Shown: positions 27,174 through 38,483 of the stretch, one piece after another
Layout: every line of letters starts with the position of its first letter
Numbering within the stretch: position 1 is the stretch's first letter
Notes under the pieces: model-generated
The model's input: the letters and a program-made list of their open reading frames with translations, nothing else
What the model was told of the DNA's origin: nothing
The model's database searches: none
Source: Chiloscyllium plagiosum
Lineage: Eukaryota
DNA: 52,968 nt
Assembly (NCBI RefSeq): GCF_004010195.1
Contig: NC_057718.1
Location: 27,657,965 to 27,710,932 of the forward strand
Direction of reading: 5' to 3'
Position numbers and translations under genes: made by a program

Positions 27174-27731
27174 TGATTTGGAGATGCCAGTGTTGGACTG
27201 GGGTGTTACAAATCACACAACACCAGGTTATCATCCAATTGGTTTCATTGGAAGCACTAGCTTTCGGAGTGCTGCTCCTTCGTCAGGTGGTTGTGGGGCG
27301 CACAATTGTAAGACAAAATTTATAGCAAAAGTTTACAGTGTGATGTAACTGAAATTATACATTGAAAAATACCTTGATTGTTTGTTGACTCTTTCATCTG
27401 TTCGAATACCATGATAGTTTCACTTCTTTCATGTGTAAATGAGAAAACTTTTAAAAATAAGTTACATTCTCAGGTTAACTGTAACAATTGGTGTCAGCAC
27501 AGATAAGATGTTGAGATGTTGAAGGTGTTAGCCAGTGTTCCCTGTCTGTGCCATAATGTCTAGACTGATTCTAATCTAAAAAGTGAATTTTTGCATGCAG
27601 TTTTTGAGCAAAGTACAATGTCACTCTGCAAGTACAAATTCACCTCACAACCACCTGATGAAAGAACAGCACTCCAAAAGCTAGTGCTTCCAATTAAACC
27701 TGTTGAACTATAACCTGGTGTTGAGAGATTA
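27174..27731. mobile_element. Penelope pLTR-like element with inverted hammerhead-bearing ends, inserted in a minus-strand CR1 tail (about 27095-27970)
   Basis: 12-bp TSD ATGGCTGATCTA (27162-73, 27732-43). Hammerhead motif on the minus strand at 27255-27289, and a degenerate plus-strand copy at 27652-27686. Confidence 0.8.
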
Positions 27732-28274
27732 ATGGCTGATCTAGTACTCAACTCCACTTTGCCTTTTCCCCAGAACCTTTACTGATGAAAAATCTGTATC
27801 TCGCTTTAAAATAATTAATGACCTAGCTTCAACAGAAGCTCTGCCAGAAAGAATTCCACAGATCCATTCCCCTCTGAGAAGGGATTCATCCTGTCTTCCA
27901 CATGTGATCCCTTACTCTGACATTATGTCCTCTGTTCCTAGACATGCTGTATCACCAGGGAAAAACAATCCTTTCATATCAACTTCACAACTTCAGGGGG
28001 GGGGTGGGCAAGGGGGGGCAAGGGGGGGCGGGGGTTAGGGCGAGCGAGAGCATTGAATTTGTTCAGTCACTGCCTTTGCTGTTTGAATTCATGTATCCCT
28101 GGACATCAGAGTGCTTCTGGGAAAACAAAGCAGTGAAAAACATAACTGATCTTGGAGGAACCTGCGTGGGAGAGCTCACAGCACAAGAACAGACATGTGC
28201 AGCCTTGCGGTAAATCTACAATGAGTACAGTGTGTTCTTTCTTGATTGTATGGTTTATTGAAGTCCATATCTTG

Positions 28275-28478
28275 ATTCAGAGAATCGTGCGTTTATGGAA
28301 TGAGCTGCCAAAGGAAGTGGTGGAGGCTGGTATAATTGCAACATTTAAAAAGGCATGGGTATATGAATAGGAAAGGTTTAGAGGGATCTGGGCCAAGTGC
28401 TGGAAAACGAGACTAGATTAGGTTAGGATATCTGGTCGGCATGGACGAGTTTCCATGCTGTACATCTCTAGGACTCTT
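28275..28478 (+). mobile_element. CR1 3' fragment
   Basis: QRIVRLWNELPKEVVEAG and a 3'UTR like that of 1-400. Confidence 0.8.
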
Positions 28479-28704
28479 ATATAATGTACATGTAAATTAA
28501 CTGAGTGTCACAAACTTCTCATTATCTGAAAAATTGAACCACTGTATTAGCAGTGTAAGCGTGTTGGAAATATTTAGTTTCAGTCATTTATGTTTGGCAT
28601 GAGTAATACTATAACAGAACCCTCTGTGGCATTTTATTCCTAAGTTGCAAACCTCAGCAATACAACCAATGTTACCAAACTGTCAAAATAAAACAAAAAG
28701 CAGC

Positions 28705-29240
28705 AGCTACAGGAAATCTGAAACAAATAGAAATTGCTGGAGAAACTCAGGAGGTCTGCAGCATCTGTGGAGAGAAAGCACTGTTAATGTTTTGTGTCCA
28801 GTGACCCTTCTTCAGAACCGATTGTAGCTAGGGCAAGATGGTATATATGCCTAACAAAAGGAATGGCATGGGCAGGAACTGAGTGAGTGGATAGGCAGAG
28901 ATGAAGCCTAGTGAAAGATAATGACAGTTAAGGAGACAAAGGAGATGAATGATAACATGCCAGGGAGAAAGAAATGCTGCTAATGGGGACCACATATGTG
29001 AAAATGGGTTGGCTGTGCTGGAAGCAATCCCAATGACAGGGTTTAGGGTGAGTTAAGGACATAGAAGATGGTGTCAAAGTTCTAAAGTCATTGAACTTGA
29101 GGCTACAGGGTCCCCAAGTGGAAATGGAGATACAATCTTTCAGCTTGTGCTCAATTTCACTGGAGCATAGCAGCAGGCCAACAGAAACGTTGGCCAGGAA
29201 ACATGGTGGCATGCTGAAGTGGCTGGCAATTGGAAAAACA
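28705..29240 (-). mobile_element. Degenerate Penelope 3' end
   Basis: GLLLCSSE..KLK..WG..KFNDFRT resembles the Penelope C-terminus at 43157-43441. Decayed hammerhead at about 28783-28819. Confidence 0.6.
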
Positions 29241-30214
29241 CTTACATTTTGCCCTCAACTTCTTAAAATATATATGTAAATGATTAGGATGAAGACAAAG
29301 GTTTGATTGCAAAGTTTGTTGGTGACACAAAGGTAAGTAGCAAAATTACAACATAAACCTACTTATGTGCCAAGCAGCAGATGGATAAACAGTGTGTTTT
29401 GCATCAAACTGTTATGTTGCTGGGAAGCAAAAGGATTACAGCTACACACTCTTACCAGAATGTTTACACCACTACCCAAAAATGGAGAAGCAAATGGTAA
29501 TTTCAGTGATTACTTGAAGGAAACAAAAACAAAATTTCCAGCTACTAAAGTTATAGAGTTCAAAAGTATCAAAGCAACAAAAGCCTGATAGTTGTGAAGG
29601 TGAGAACAAAGATTTGCCACGTCAAAGGTCAATAAAACAAACTTTGAACTTTTCAAAACTATAAATCCAATAATCTCCTACTGAACATCTGCTTTTACCT
29701 TCCTGACTTGGTGGGGAAAATATGTCTGAGATTCCAACTAATGCTGACCATTATTTGCAAAAATCTTTATAGCTACCAGGTGATTCATAGACCAAAGTCA
29801 AATGAAAAAAAGCTTCACATTTTTTTCTTAAGTATAACAATGGCCAATGTTAGAAAGAACAGAGTATCAACTCCTCACTTGTGAATTTACAGTGACAGCT
29901 GATAGCCTAAAGAGTATCTGCTAGAATCCTGTGATGGAATCCATGAGGGAACTACCTCAATGGGAGAGCCGTGACAAACTATCACACAGGTGGAAAATTA
30001 AGAAAGCCTGTGGCTCATATGGCATTCTAGCTGAAGCGCTCATTGTTGGCAGGCACTGCAAACACCAAAACTGAATGAACTCATCCAGCTGAGGGAAGAT
30101 ACAAAACCCTCTCCTGACCTCAGGAATGCAATGATCGCAACTATTGTCAAGAGAGATCAATCTTGAGGCTCCAGTCATGGTTGATCAATTGACTTAAAGG
30201 AGTGCATGTTTGAA

Positions 30215-30593
30215 GCAAGTTCAAAATCTCACAACACCAGGTTATAGCCAGACAGGTTTATTTGGAAGCACTACTCCATCAGGTGGCTATGGAGTACAAG
30301 ATCGTTGGACACAATTTATAGCAAAGATTTACACTGTCATACAACTGCAATGATATATTGAACAAACCTAGATTGTTGTTAATTTAACAATCTAGGTTTG
30401 TTCAATATATCATTGCAGTTGTATGACAGAGTAAATTTTTGCAATAAATTGTCTTATGGTCCTGCTTCAAAACCATCTGATGAAAAAGCAGCATTCCAAA
30501 GCTACAGCTTCCAAATGAACCTGTTGGACTATACCCTGGTGTTGAGAGATTTTTAACTTTGTCCATCCCAGTCCAACACCAGCTGCTCCACAT
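30215..30593. mobile_element. Palindromic Penelope pLTR-like element
   Basis: 10-bp TSD CATGTTTGAA (30205-14, 30594-603). Same family as 13316 and 27174. Perfect 44-bp central hairpin. Confidence 0.8.
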
Positions 30594-31249
30594 CATGTTT
30601 GAACCAAAGTTGTAATGAAGTCAGGAGCTGATCCCAACATCACATCAGGAATGAGATTACTGTTAAGGACGTGTTGCAACCTCAGGACTAGACTGAATGA
30701 ATCAGGTTGGATTTGTCAAGCTTTGCGTATTCGGGACATGTTGTTGGATAGATGCCGGTGTTTAACCATACTGGAACAGCTCGACTAAGGGCATAGCAAT
30801 TTCTGGAGCACATAGTCAGTACCACTGACAGAATCTTGTCAGGATTATAGCCTTTGCAGTATCTAATGCCTGCAGTTGCTTCTTTATATCATGGGTAGTA
30901 AATGCAATTGGCTGAATATTTGCAACAGTGATGTTTGGGATATCCAGGAGGCACAGATGAACTTACACTTAGCACTTCTGTCTGTAGATTGTTGCAAAAG
31001 ATAACACTGAAGCATTTGTAATGCTATGTTGGGTCCCCCTTCTTTGAGGATGGGGATATTTGTGAAGCTTCCTCCTCCTGCAAGTTTTTTTAATTGGCCA
31101 CCAGTATTCATGATTGAATGCTGTAGGACGAGAGCTTAGATCTAATCCATTGGTTGTGAAATAATTTAGTCCTGTCTATCACTTGCTATTTGGCACATAA
31201 GTAGGCTTTTGTTGTAATTTTTTTTTACTTATCTTTGTCTCACCAAATT

Positions 31250-32250
31250 TCACAACCAAACTTTTAATATCTTCATCCTGGTCAGTTACATATATATTTT
31301 AAGAGGTTGAGGCCCTAGTACTGATCCCTGTGGTAAACAGCTCATTACATCTTGCCAACCAGAAAGAGGCAGATTTATGTGTATTATTTCCTGTCAGCTA
31401 ACCTGTCTCTGACACTTGCCAAAATGTTACCCTGCTGCAACACAAGTGTTTATTTTTCATAAAAAGTTTAAATGTAGCTTATCAAATGACTTCTAGAAAT
31501 CCAAATATATTAAATCAACCAATTCCCCTTCAACCATAATATGTTACTTCCTCAAAAGAACTTTAATATATTGGTCAATACCACATTGTCTCTGCCTGAT
31601 TATCTTGAACTTCTTCAGGTGCCCTGCTATAAGATCTTTAATAATTATTTCTAATATTTCCCTCTGACAAATGTTGAACTAACTGCTCTGTAACTTCCCG
31701 CTTTGCACTACTTTCCTTATTGAATAAGGAGAGTGACATTCTGTCTTCTGATCTAATTGAACCTTGCCTGAAATCTACGGAATTTTGGAAAAGTTAAACC
31801 AATTAATCGACCAGCTCACTATCTACTAGTTTTCATGGGTTATAATTTTGCTGGTTAAGATGAAGTCCATCAGGACCTGCAGACTTACTCTGTACCACCT
31901 CCCTAATGATTGTGATTTTCTTTAATTCCTCCTGCTATTCCATTTCCTGATGTTTTACTGTACCTTTTACAAAGAAGAACAAAGCAAAATATCTGTTCAT
32001 TCTTCTGCCATTTCCTTAATTTTCCTGTATTAATTTCCCAAACTCATCTTCTATAGCACTAATTTTACTTTTGAGAATTCTTTTTCTGTTTAAACAGAGA
32101 CACAATTTTGCTCGCTAGCTTTCTCACACACATGTTTTCTTTCCTTATTTCCCTTTTCGTTTTCCACAATTTTCTTTTGATACTCTGTCCAATCTTGACT
32201 TGCCACCTCCATCTTTGCACAATCATGTGTGTTTGTTTTAAGTTTCATAG
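31250..32250 (-). mobile_element. Old CR1 ORF2 fragment
   Basis: Decayed PQGSVLG, YLDF.K.FDK, FEEVT and NYRAVS motifs on the minus strand. Confidence 0.65.
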
Positions 32251-32625
32251 TATTGTTTATCAAAGAGTCAGTATAGGGCAGTGAGACCAAATGATAGATT
32301 AACAGCACTTAACGCGAATAAGAACTCAAAAGAATTTTGGATAACCTGACGTTTGTGGAGTGTGCAATGTGGGAAGATGACTGGGAATGCATTGCAGATG
32401 TCAAAGATTGCAAACAACTGTTAAGTAAATTTGTTTTGGCTAAGAAATATTTTAGATGTTTCTCCTGTCAATAACAGTGAATGATAAATACAACTTAGAT
32501 ATGTGAACATCTATTTGCAAAGAAAAGTGCAGATTCAAAAACTCACTATGCCATCCATTACATGGTTTCATCCAAAATTCAAAAAGCTTTGCAGCCCAGA
32601 AACCTTGTTCCTTTCTGGACTTTAC

Positions 32626-32772
32626 CTTGCTCTTCTTGCCTTTGGCCTCAGTAGTTACTAGTTCCTCTTGAAGTAACTCTACACGCTTTGCCAGTTGCTG
32701 ATTTCGGAACGTCAGACTATCCATTTCTTGCTGTAACTTTCTAACACTTTGGTCCTTCATTTTCAGTTCCTC
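32626..32772 (-). CDS. PPP1R21: PPP1R21 exon 3 (EELKMKDQSVRKLQQEMDSLTFRNQQLAKRVELLQEELVTTEAKGKKSK)
   Basis: AG/GT bounded, 147 nt, phase 0. Overlaps ORF 32452..32760. Confidence 0.96.
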
Positions 32773-32899
32773 CTGAGGTAGGGAAAATAAAAAACTGTCT
32801 TATTTAACTTTCACACTATGAGAACATAGAGGTGATAGAGGACTTTAAAAGACCACTGCACTCCATATAGTTGCTCCTAACATTACAATACAAAACAAA

Positions 32900-34100
32900 T
32901 ACAAGGGAATGAATTAATGGAACTTCCTGAGAATTAGAATATAGGAAGCAAAGTTTAGGAGGACTGCAGGCTAACAGAGGGTAGATGATTGGAAGTCATC
33001 CAGGAGTGCACAGGATAGTCAAATCTCGAGGTGGCAAATTCACAGATGACTAGGGATCAGAGTTTCCTTACAAAATCTGAACACAACGGATTAAGACTTA
33101 AAATGTTGACGGAGGAAGTGTATACTTTTCCTGCATTGAATGCCAGAAGTTCGTGATAATTTAGTCACAATGGACGGAATGCGTGAGGTAGTCAGGAAAT
33201 AGAGCTGACCTTGTTTTTGGATGTCAGAGGGGGCCGCATGCAATGACCGGTATCAAGGACAGATCTTTAGCAGACAGTAATTACAATGCAAGATCAAGGG
33301 AAGCCATTGTCAATCATGTCAAAGGCGGTGACTGGATAAAAAGTGTGGTCCGAACCAAGGACAGAGGTAAAAAGGAAGAGGATGATGTGGTCAATCATGT
33401 CAAAGACTACAGACAAATCTAAAAGGACAAGGAGGGATAGTCCACTATGTTTACATTCAGATTTTGTGAATTTGACAGAAACTTGCATTATGGCAAGTTG
33501 GAAAGAGATTGGAGGTGCTCAAACTTGCAGGAAAGATCTACAGAATAGAAGCTGCATTTTCAAGGACTGGAGAGAAGGTGGAGATTGGATGGTATTTTGT
33601 AAGGACTGAGGGTGACAAAGGGTTTTTTTATTTGAGATATATGGTGACAGCAGGGAACCAGAGAAGGGATTGTACCTTAGGAGTGAGAATAATAGCAGCT
33701 AACATGGGGACCAAGAAGGAAAATGGAGAAATTTGCAGTTTAGCAGAATAGGGTCAACAGAATAGGAATGGTATTTCAAACAACTCAAAGAAGGTACAAG
33801 GGGAAATAGGAAAGAAACTAGAGAAATTGAGAATTCGGGAATAATCATGGAGGAAGTATGACTAAGCTGAAAAGGCAAAGGAAGGAAGCCAACAGCAAAA
33901 TGGTCTTGATCTTAGTGATAGAGATGTCTAAGAGCTCCCTTCACTTGCTGTTGAAGGGAGGGAGTGGAGGAAACAGGAGACAAGGGCATTAAAAAATGCA
34001 ATAGAGGAAAAATGATGGGAATTATCTTTGAATTTCAGGATGATTATGGTATTGAGTATTCTTGAAAGATGAGAGCAGAAATTGAGTGCTTTACAATGGT
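32900..34100 (-). mobile_element. Degenerate L2-clade LINE
   Basis: LSLLVLLDLSVVFDMIDH (L2-type LLDLSAAFDTIDH RT motif) in ORF 33294..33488. Confidence 0.65.
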
Positions 34101-34909
34101 TCAGCTAGTTCTCTCCTTATATCTCTCGCCCGTGAGGACCCTCCCTCTCCAATTTCCAGATTTCCAGGTTAGAAAAAGAGTCACCAAAATCGCATTAACA
34201 CAAAAACAACATTTAAAAATTGTTTATGTATCTTTCACAGCATGATCTCACAATAACAATCGATTAACCAGATAATTTGTTTTAGTGATATTGGTTGAGG
34301 GATAAACATTGGCCAGTATACCAGAGAAACCTCCCGTGCTAATCCATGTTTGCATGAATCTTCTGTATTTTATGTTCTTCCTGCTCTCTTCTATCGAACA
34401 AATATTCATTGTATATTTCAGGCAATGAATTGATTAATAATTTGAATATAATTTACATCAGGTCAACTTGAATTTAACTATAGAGAATTGGTCTTGAGTT
34501 AAGTGAATTGCTATACTTGCAATTTTCTCATTTATATTACTTGATCGTTTTTCATAAAATCAAGTCAAGAAAGTTGATTTGGAAGATGCTATTGTGTTTG
34601 TTTAAAAACAACGTGTTTGGACATGTTGTGACATGCCTTCACGCAGATGAGATTTTAGTCTGGGCATTCTGGCCCAGAGGTAGGGACATTGCCACTGCAT
34701 TACAGGAACCTGGATATCATACAATAATGCACAAGCTTTAAAATAAATTATTTAACTACTGGAACCCCACAATAGTCCTGCTTAGCAGAAACATTTAAAC
34801 ATATTTCATTTAGGTTAAAAACAACAAAATTTGATCTGGAAGGCAAACATCAAATCTTGCAACATGACTACATTTATACCTCTCAGATGCAAGATATTCT
34901 CAACATTAC

Positions 34910-34978
34910 CTTTAAAGATGCACCTTGGCCTTGCTCATCTACAACAGCCTTCTTCAATACTTGGTTCTGAGCACGTAG
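34910..34978 (-). CDS. PPP1R21: PPP1R21 exon 2 (LRAQNQVLKKAVVDEQGQGASLK)
   Basis: ttttAG acceptor and GTAATG donor, 69 nt. Completes the signature KLRAQ motif across the exon 1/2 junction. Confidence 0.96.
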
Positions 34979-35366
34979 CTAAAATATTTCAAAAAGTTAA
35001 TATTTTACCATCGGAGTACACAGCAATAATTTCAAACATTAAGTTGACAAGTTACAAAATAGATTTAATTTCTCATGTAGCTAGTAATTCCACAGATGGT
35101 GACAATATTAAAGATAAAATCAATGTTACAAATAGCTTTCGCAAATAAGTCCTTTCAGCTGTAAAACAAATCATGCAAAACAAATTATCAATCTACTTGC
35201 AGAGTTTTCTATCATTTCCCTTCAATTTGCATATCTTGAATCATTTCTCAATTTGAACAGAAGGTCAATAATCTGTCCAAATTTCTTTCAATTCTTTGAG
35301 TCACACTTAGGAACTGCACAATCTAAGAGTGGACATACAATTAACTCTTCCTCATTTAGCCATTAA

Positions 35367-35458
35367 GAAAATGCTGGAAAATCTCAGCAGGTCTGGCAGC
35401 ATCTGTAAGGAGAGAAAAGAGCTGACGTTTCGAGTCTAACTGACCCTTTGTCAAAGCT
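35367..35458 (-). mobile_element. Penelope pLTR fragment with variant hammerhead
   Basis: Minus strand reads AGCT-TTGACAA-A-GGGTC-AGTTA-GACTC-GAAA-CGTC-AGCT. Confidence 0.6.
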
Positions 35459-36291
35459 GTCTCATTCAGCCATTCTCTTTCCAATGGCATGGCCAAAAAT
35501 CAAGAACTCACCTTGTTGGGGAAAAATCATGAACCCAGCTCACCACTGAATGTAATATCAAACCTACTGTTCCAAATATCCTTGATCCAACATACAGCTC
35601 AGTTTAAATCTATTTGAAAATTTAACAATTTGCTCAAGTCACACAATTCATTGTCTCTGAACAAACCCAGCAAGTAACAAAGAAATTACTTTGTGATATT
35701 GCCCTGTCAGTAAGAATTAACATTTAGTCTATTTAAGTGAAAATATTGCTCTATAATGTGCAACTCAATTTGCAGAGGGCTTCTTCAACATCTCAAATTG
35801 CTCTCATCACTATCCAACTGCTGAAATCTGTACCTTCACACTAGTGTTACTTAACCCAAGACACACCCATGTTTGAATGTGTTTTGACAGTTCAGATAAA
35901 CATACTACAAACCTTAATTCTAAAGAAAGGAATAATACACCAAACGTTAGGAAGTTGTGTCTTTAGAGATGATATCCCATTTCCAGCATTTAAATTGTGT
36001 TCTTCCTACATCGTCCATCATACACCAAAAAGGCTCAAAAGTAGCATAAACCTAATTTAGCGGTGATTTATTATGAGCAATATGTTTTGCGATTTCCAGT
36101 CTGTTTCAATACTGTATAAGCTAATGTCAAAGAAACCAATTCAGTTTCGGCAAAATACGCATGTATTTCCATAGTGATTCGAACTGGAAGACAGTTTGTT
36201 CCAAATTTACGGTATATCTCCGGGAATAAAAAAAAGATAAATAGTGATGAGAAACAAAACAGAAATCAGCACACCAGACAAACAGACACAC

Positions 36292-36345
36292 CTTGGAGTA
36301 CTCCTGTGCAAGTTTCTGATACTTGGCATGCAAATCTGCAGCCAT
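36292..36345 (-). CDS. PPP1R21: PPP1R21 coding exon 1 (MAADLHAKYQKLAQEYSK)
   Basis: ATG in ACAATGG Kozak context at 36345. The peptide matches the vertebrate PPP1R21 N-terminus (xxxLxxKYQKLAQEYSK). GT donor at 36291. 54 nt. Confidence 0.95.
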
Positions 36346-36699
36346 TGTCAGCAAGCGGCTGAAGCCTTTGGGGGAAGCGGTGCTTGGGAGGGGCAGCTAA
36401 AGCCTGTCACATCACTTGGGGCGAGCAGGGCGGGGGATTCGAGCTTCGTGTCTCTCACACAGGCAGCGACATCAAAATAATGCTGTTTTTCGGGGGGAGG
36501 GAAGAAGAGAGCCAGCGACCGACTGCCACCAAGTGAGAAACAGTTTGTTCCTTCGACCTCTCCACCCTCCCTGCAACTGATATAACTGACCCTTCGGCCC
36601 GTCAGTCTGAGAACAGTCCCTCCACCCTGGACCAATTGTCCAGAACGTGAAGAATTCGCGTTTCTTTTTTTGTGATGTGACGCTGGAGCTTTTGCCTCA

Positions 36700-37050
36700 G
36701 CCAGCGCCCTTCAGAATAAGGGTTAAAAGGAGTTATTTCCTCCGGCCAAACCGGAAAATAGGCAACAACCACGACAGACGGGACCCGATTTTAGGCCCAC
36801 TTCCACCTTGACAACGACCACTTCCGGCTCCGCGAGAGTCTTCAAAAGGCCGACGCGCAAACTCGCCGCGACGTCAACGCGCCCGGCGACGTCGCCCTAG
36901 CAACGGGACCACGTGAGACGCGGTGGCTGCGCGACCGGTCCCCACTTGACGAGCGAGGGTGCGCGACGGGGCCAAGTCAGTTGTCATGGCAACAAGCTAG
37001 CGGCGGCTGAATCCAAGGTAACTTCAAAATAAAATGCAACAAACAAATCA
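36700..37050. promoter_or_regulatory. CpG-island promoter of PPP1R21, possibly bidirectional
   Basis: Dense CpG cluster just upstream of exon 1. ETS motif ACTTCCGG 36820-36827, CRE-like GACGTCA 36870-36876, E-box CACGTG 36910-36915, RFX X-boxes 36891-36904 and 36980-36993. Confidence 0.8.
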
Positions 37051-37840
37051 CTGAAAAGGTTATAAAGGGAGCGCACCGATCCCGCAAGTGTGAAATCCAA
37101 ACCGCAAAGTTTTTGAAAATGTCTACGAGGTGAGTTAAACTGTGAAAGAAGAATTTAATTCAAAAGAGTTGTTGATATGAACTTAAGACCAATATTGCAA
37201 CAAACTGGAAATTGCAAGCCATCTTGTTCACAATAAGTCACTGCTAAATTATGTTTGCTACTTTTAAGTCTTTCGATCGTTCATATTGACAGGTAAATTA
37301 AGCTGTGAAAGGAGAGAATAACTCAAACGAGTTGCTGAGTGGTGGCTTTCTTTTATTGGCGGAGGAATTTTGCTTTTTCAATTATTTGCTGTTTTATTAT
37401 ACTTTAAATACAAATACATCCTATTTAATTTACTGCCGGTTCCTTATTGGTGAACAGTGATATCCGTCAATATACATTTTTGTTGTAGTTTGTTCATTAT
37501 TAGTCGTAGGTTTTCCTGGACTTAACAAATAGAGAGTCAGTGGCATTGAAATTCGAGAAAAAAAGGCCTTCGCTATTTTTCGTCCGCACATTTTTTTTGG
37601 TTACCAGGATTCGATTTGTTGATAAGAAATAAAAACTGCGTACAGGAAAACAGAGTTAATATTTCAAGTCAGTGATGTTCATTCCGCACTGCAAAGTGTT
37701 AGATTTGTTAAAATTAACCGTTGCTGATAAGTTGAGATACAAAAACTTAATTAAAAAAAAATTCAACAGCAGTTAAACAAAATAAGGATGGAGGGTCAGA
37801 TGATGTGTAGTTCCAGCATGATGTGGGAGCTGGTGGACCC

Positions 37841-38461
37841 TGTAAGAAATTGGGAAGAGTGTTGTTTTTGCAAAAAGGTAGTGATAATAAGCTTAAGAAT
37901 AGTGCTGATAAATCGAGTGTAAAGGTCAGTTGCAGACAATGATTAAATTAGCAAACACTAGGGAAATGTATAATTGGGTACTAACTTTAGTGCATAATTA
38001 TTCTAGTAAATAATTTAGTCTCAGCAAAATAGCTGAGATAGCTGAAACACAAACTAGGCAAGAAAAGACACATTGTTAAAATGTATATTCAGGAATGGAA
38101 TGTACCTATGAACAATGGAAGATGTTACAAGCAAAACAGATAAAGTGAAAGGAACATCAAGATCTAAGTTTAGCAGAATCTTCCTTATGTCACTTACAGA
38201 GGGAAGGGTCGCCAACTTGGAGAAGGGGGGGAATAATAAGAGCGGATCGCAAGTTAGTCAGAGAATAAAGTTGATTGGGTAATGTAAGAATCAGAAGAGG
38301 TGACCTCACAGAGCTCTAAAGTATAACTGTGTACTAGTTTGAATGTTCATTGCTCATTTGCTTCTGCATTTGATGCCCTTTCTTGCAAGATCATAGAATA
38401 AATAGTCTTGTTTCCAGTTTTGGTGGTCTTGTCTAAATTTTATTAAAACTTGTTTCTAACA
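37841..38461 (+). repeat. ERV 5' LTR (about 620 bp)
   Basis: Starts TGTAAGAAA and ends TTTCTAACA (imperfect terminal inverted repeat). TATA-like GTATAA near 38321, AATAAA at 38397-38402. Confidence 0.85.
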
Positions 38462-38465
38462 GATT

Positions 38466-38483
38466 TGGGGGCTCGTCCGGGAT
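38466..38483 (+). promoter_or_regulatory. Retroviral primer-binding site, tRNA-Pro
   Basis: TGGGGGCTCGTCCGGGAT, the canonical 18-nt MLV PBS-Pro, 4 nt after the LTR end. Confidence 0.95.

Noticed and set aside
27996..28040. G-run tract with G-quadruplex potential (also poly-G near 6685-6697)
   Set aside because: Low-complexity sequence beside or inside repeats, with no evidence of function.
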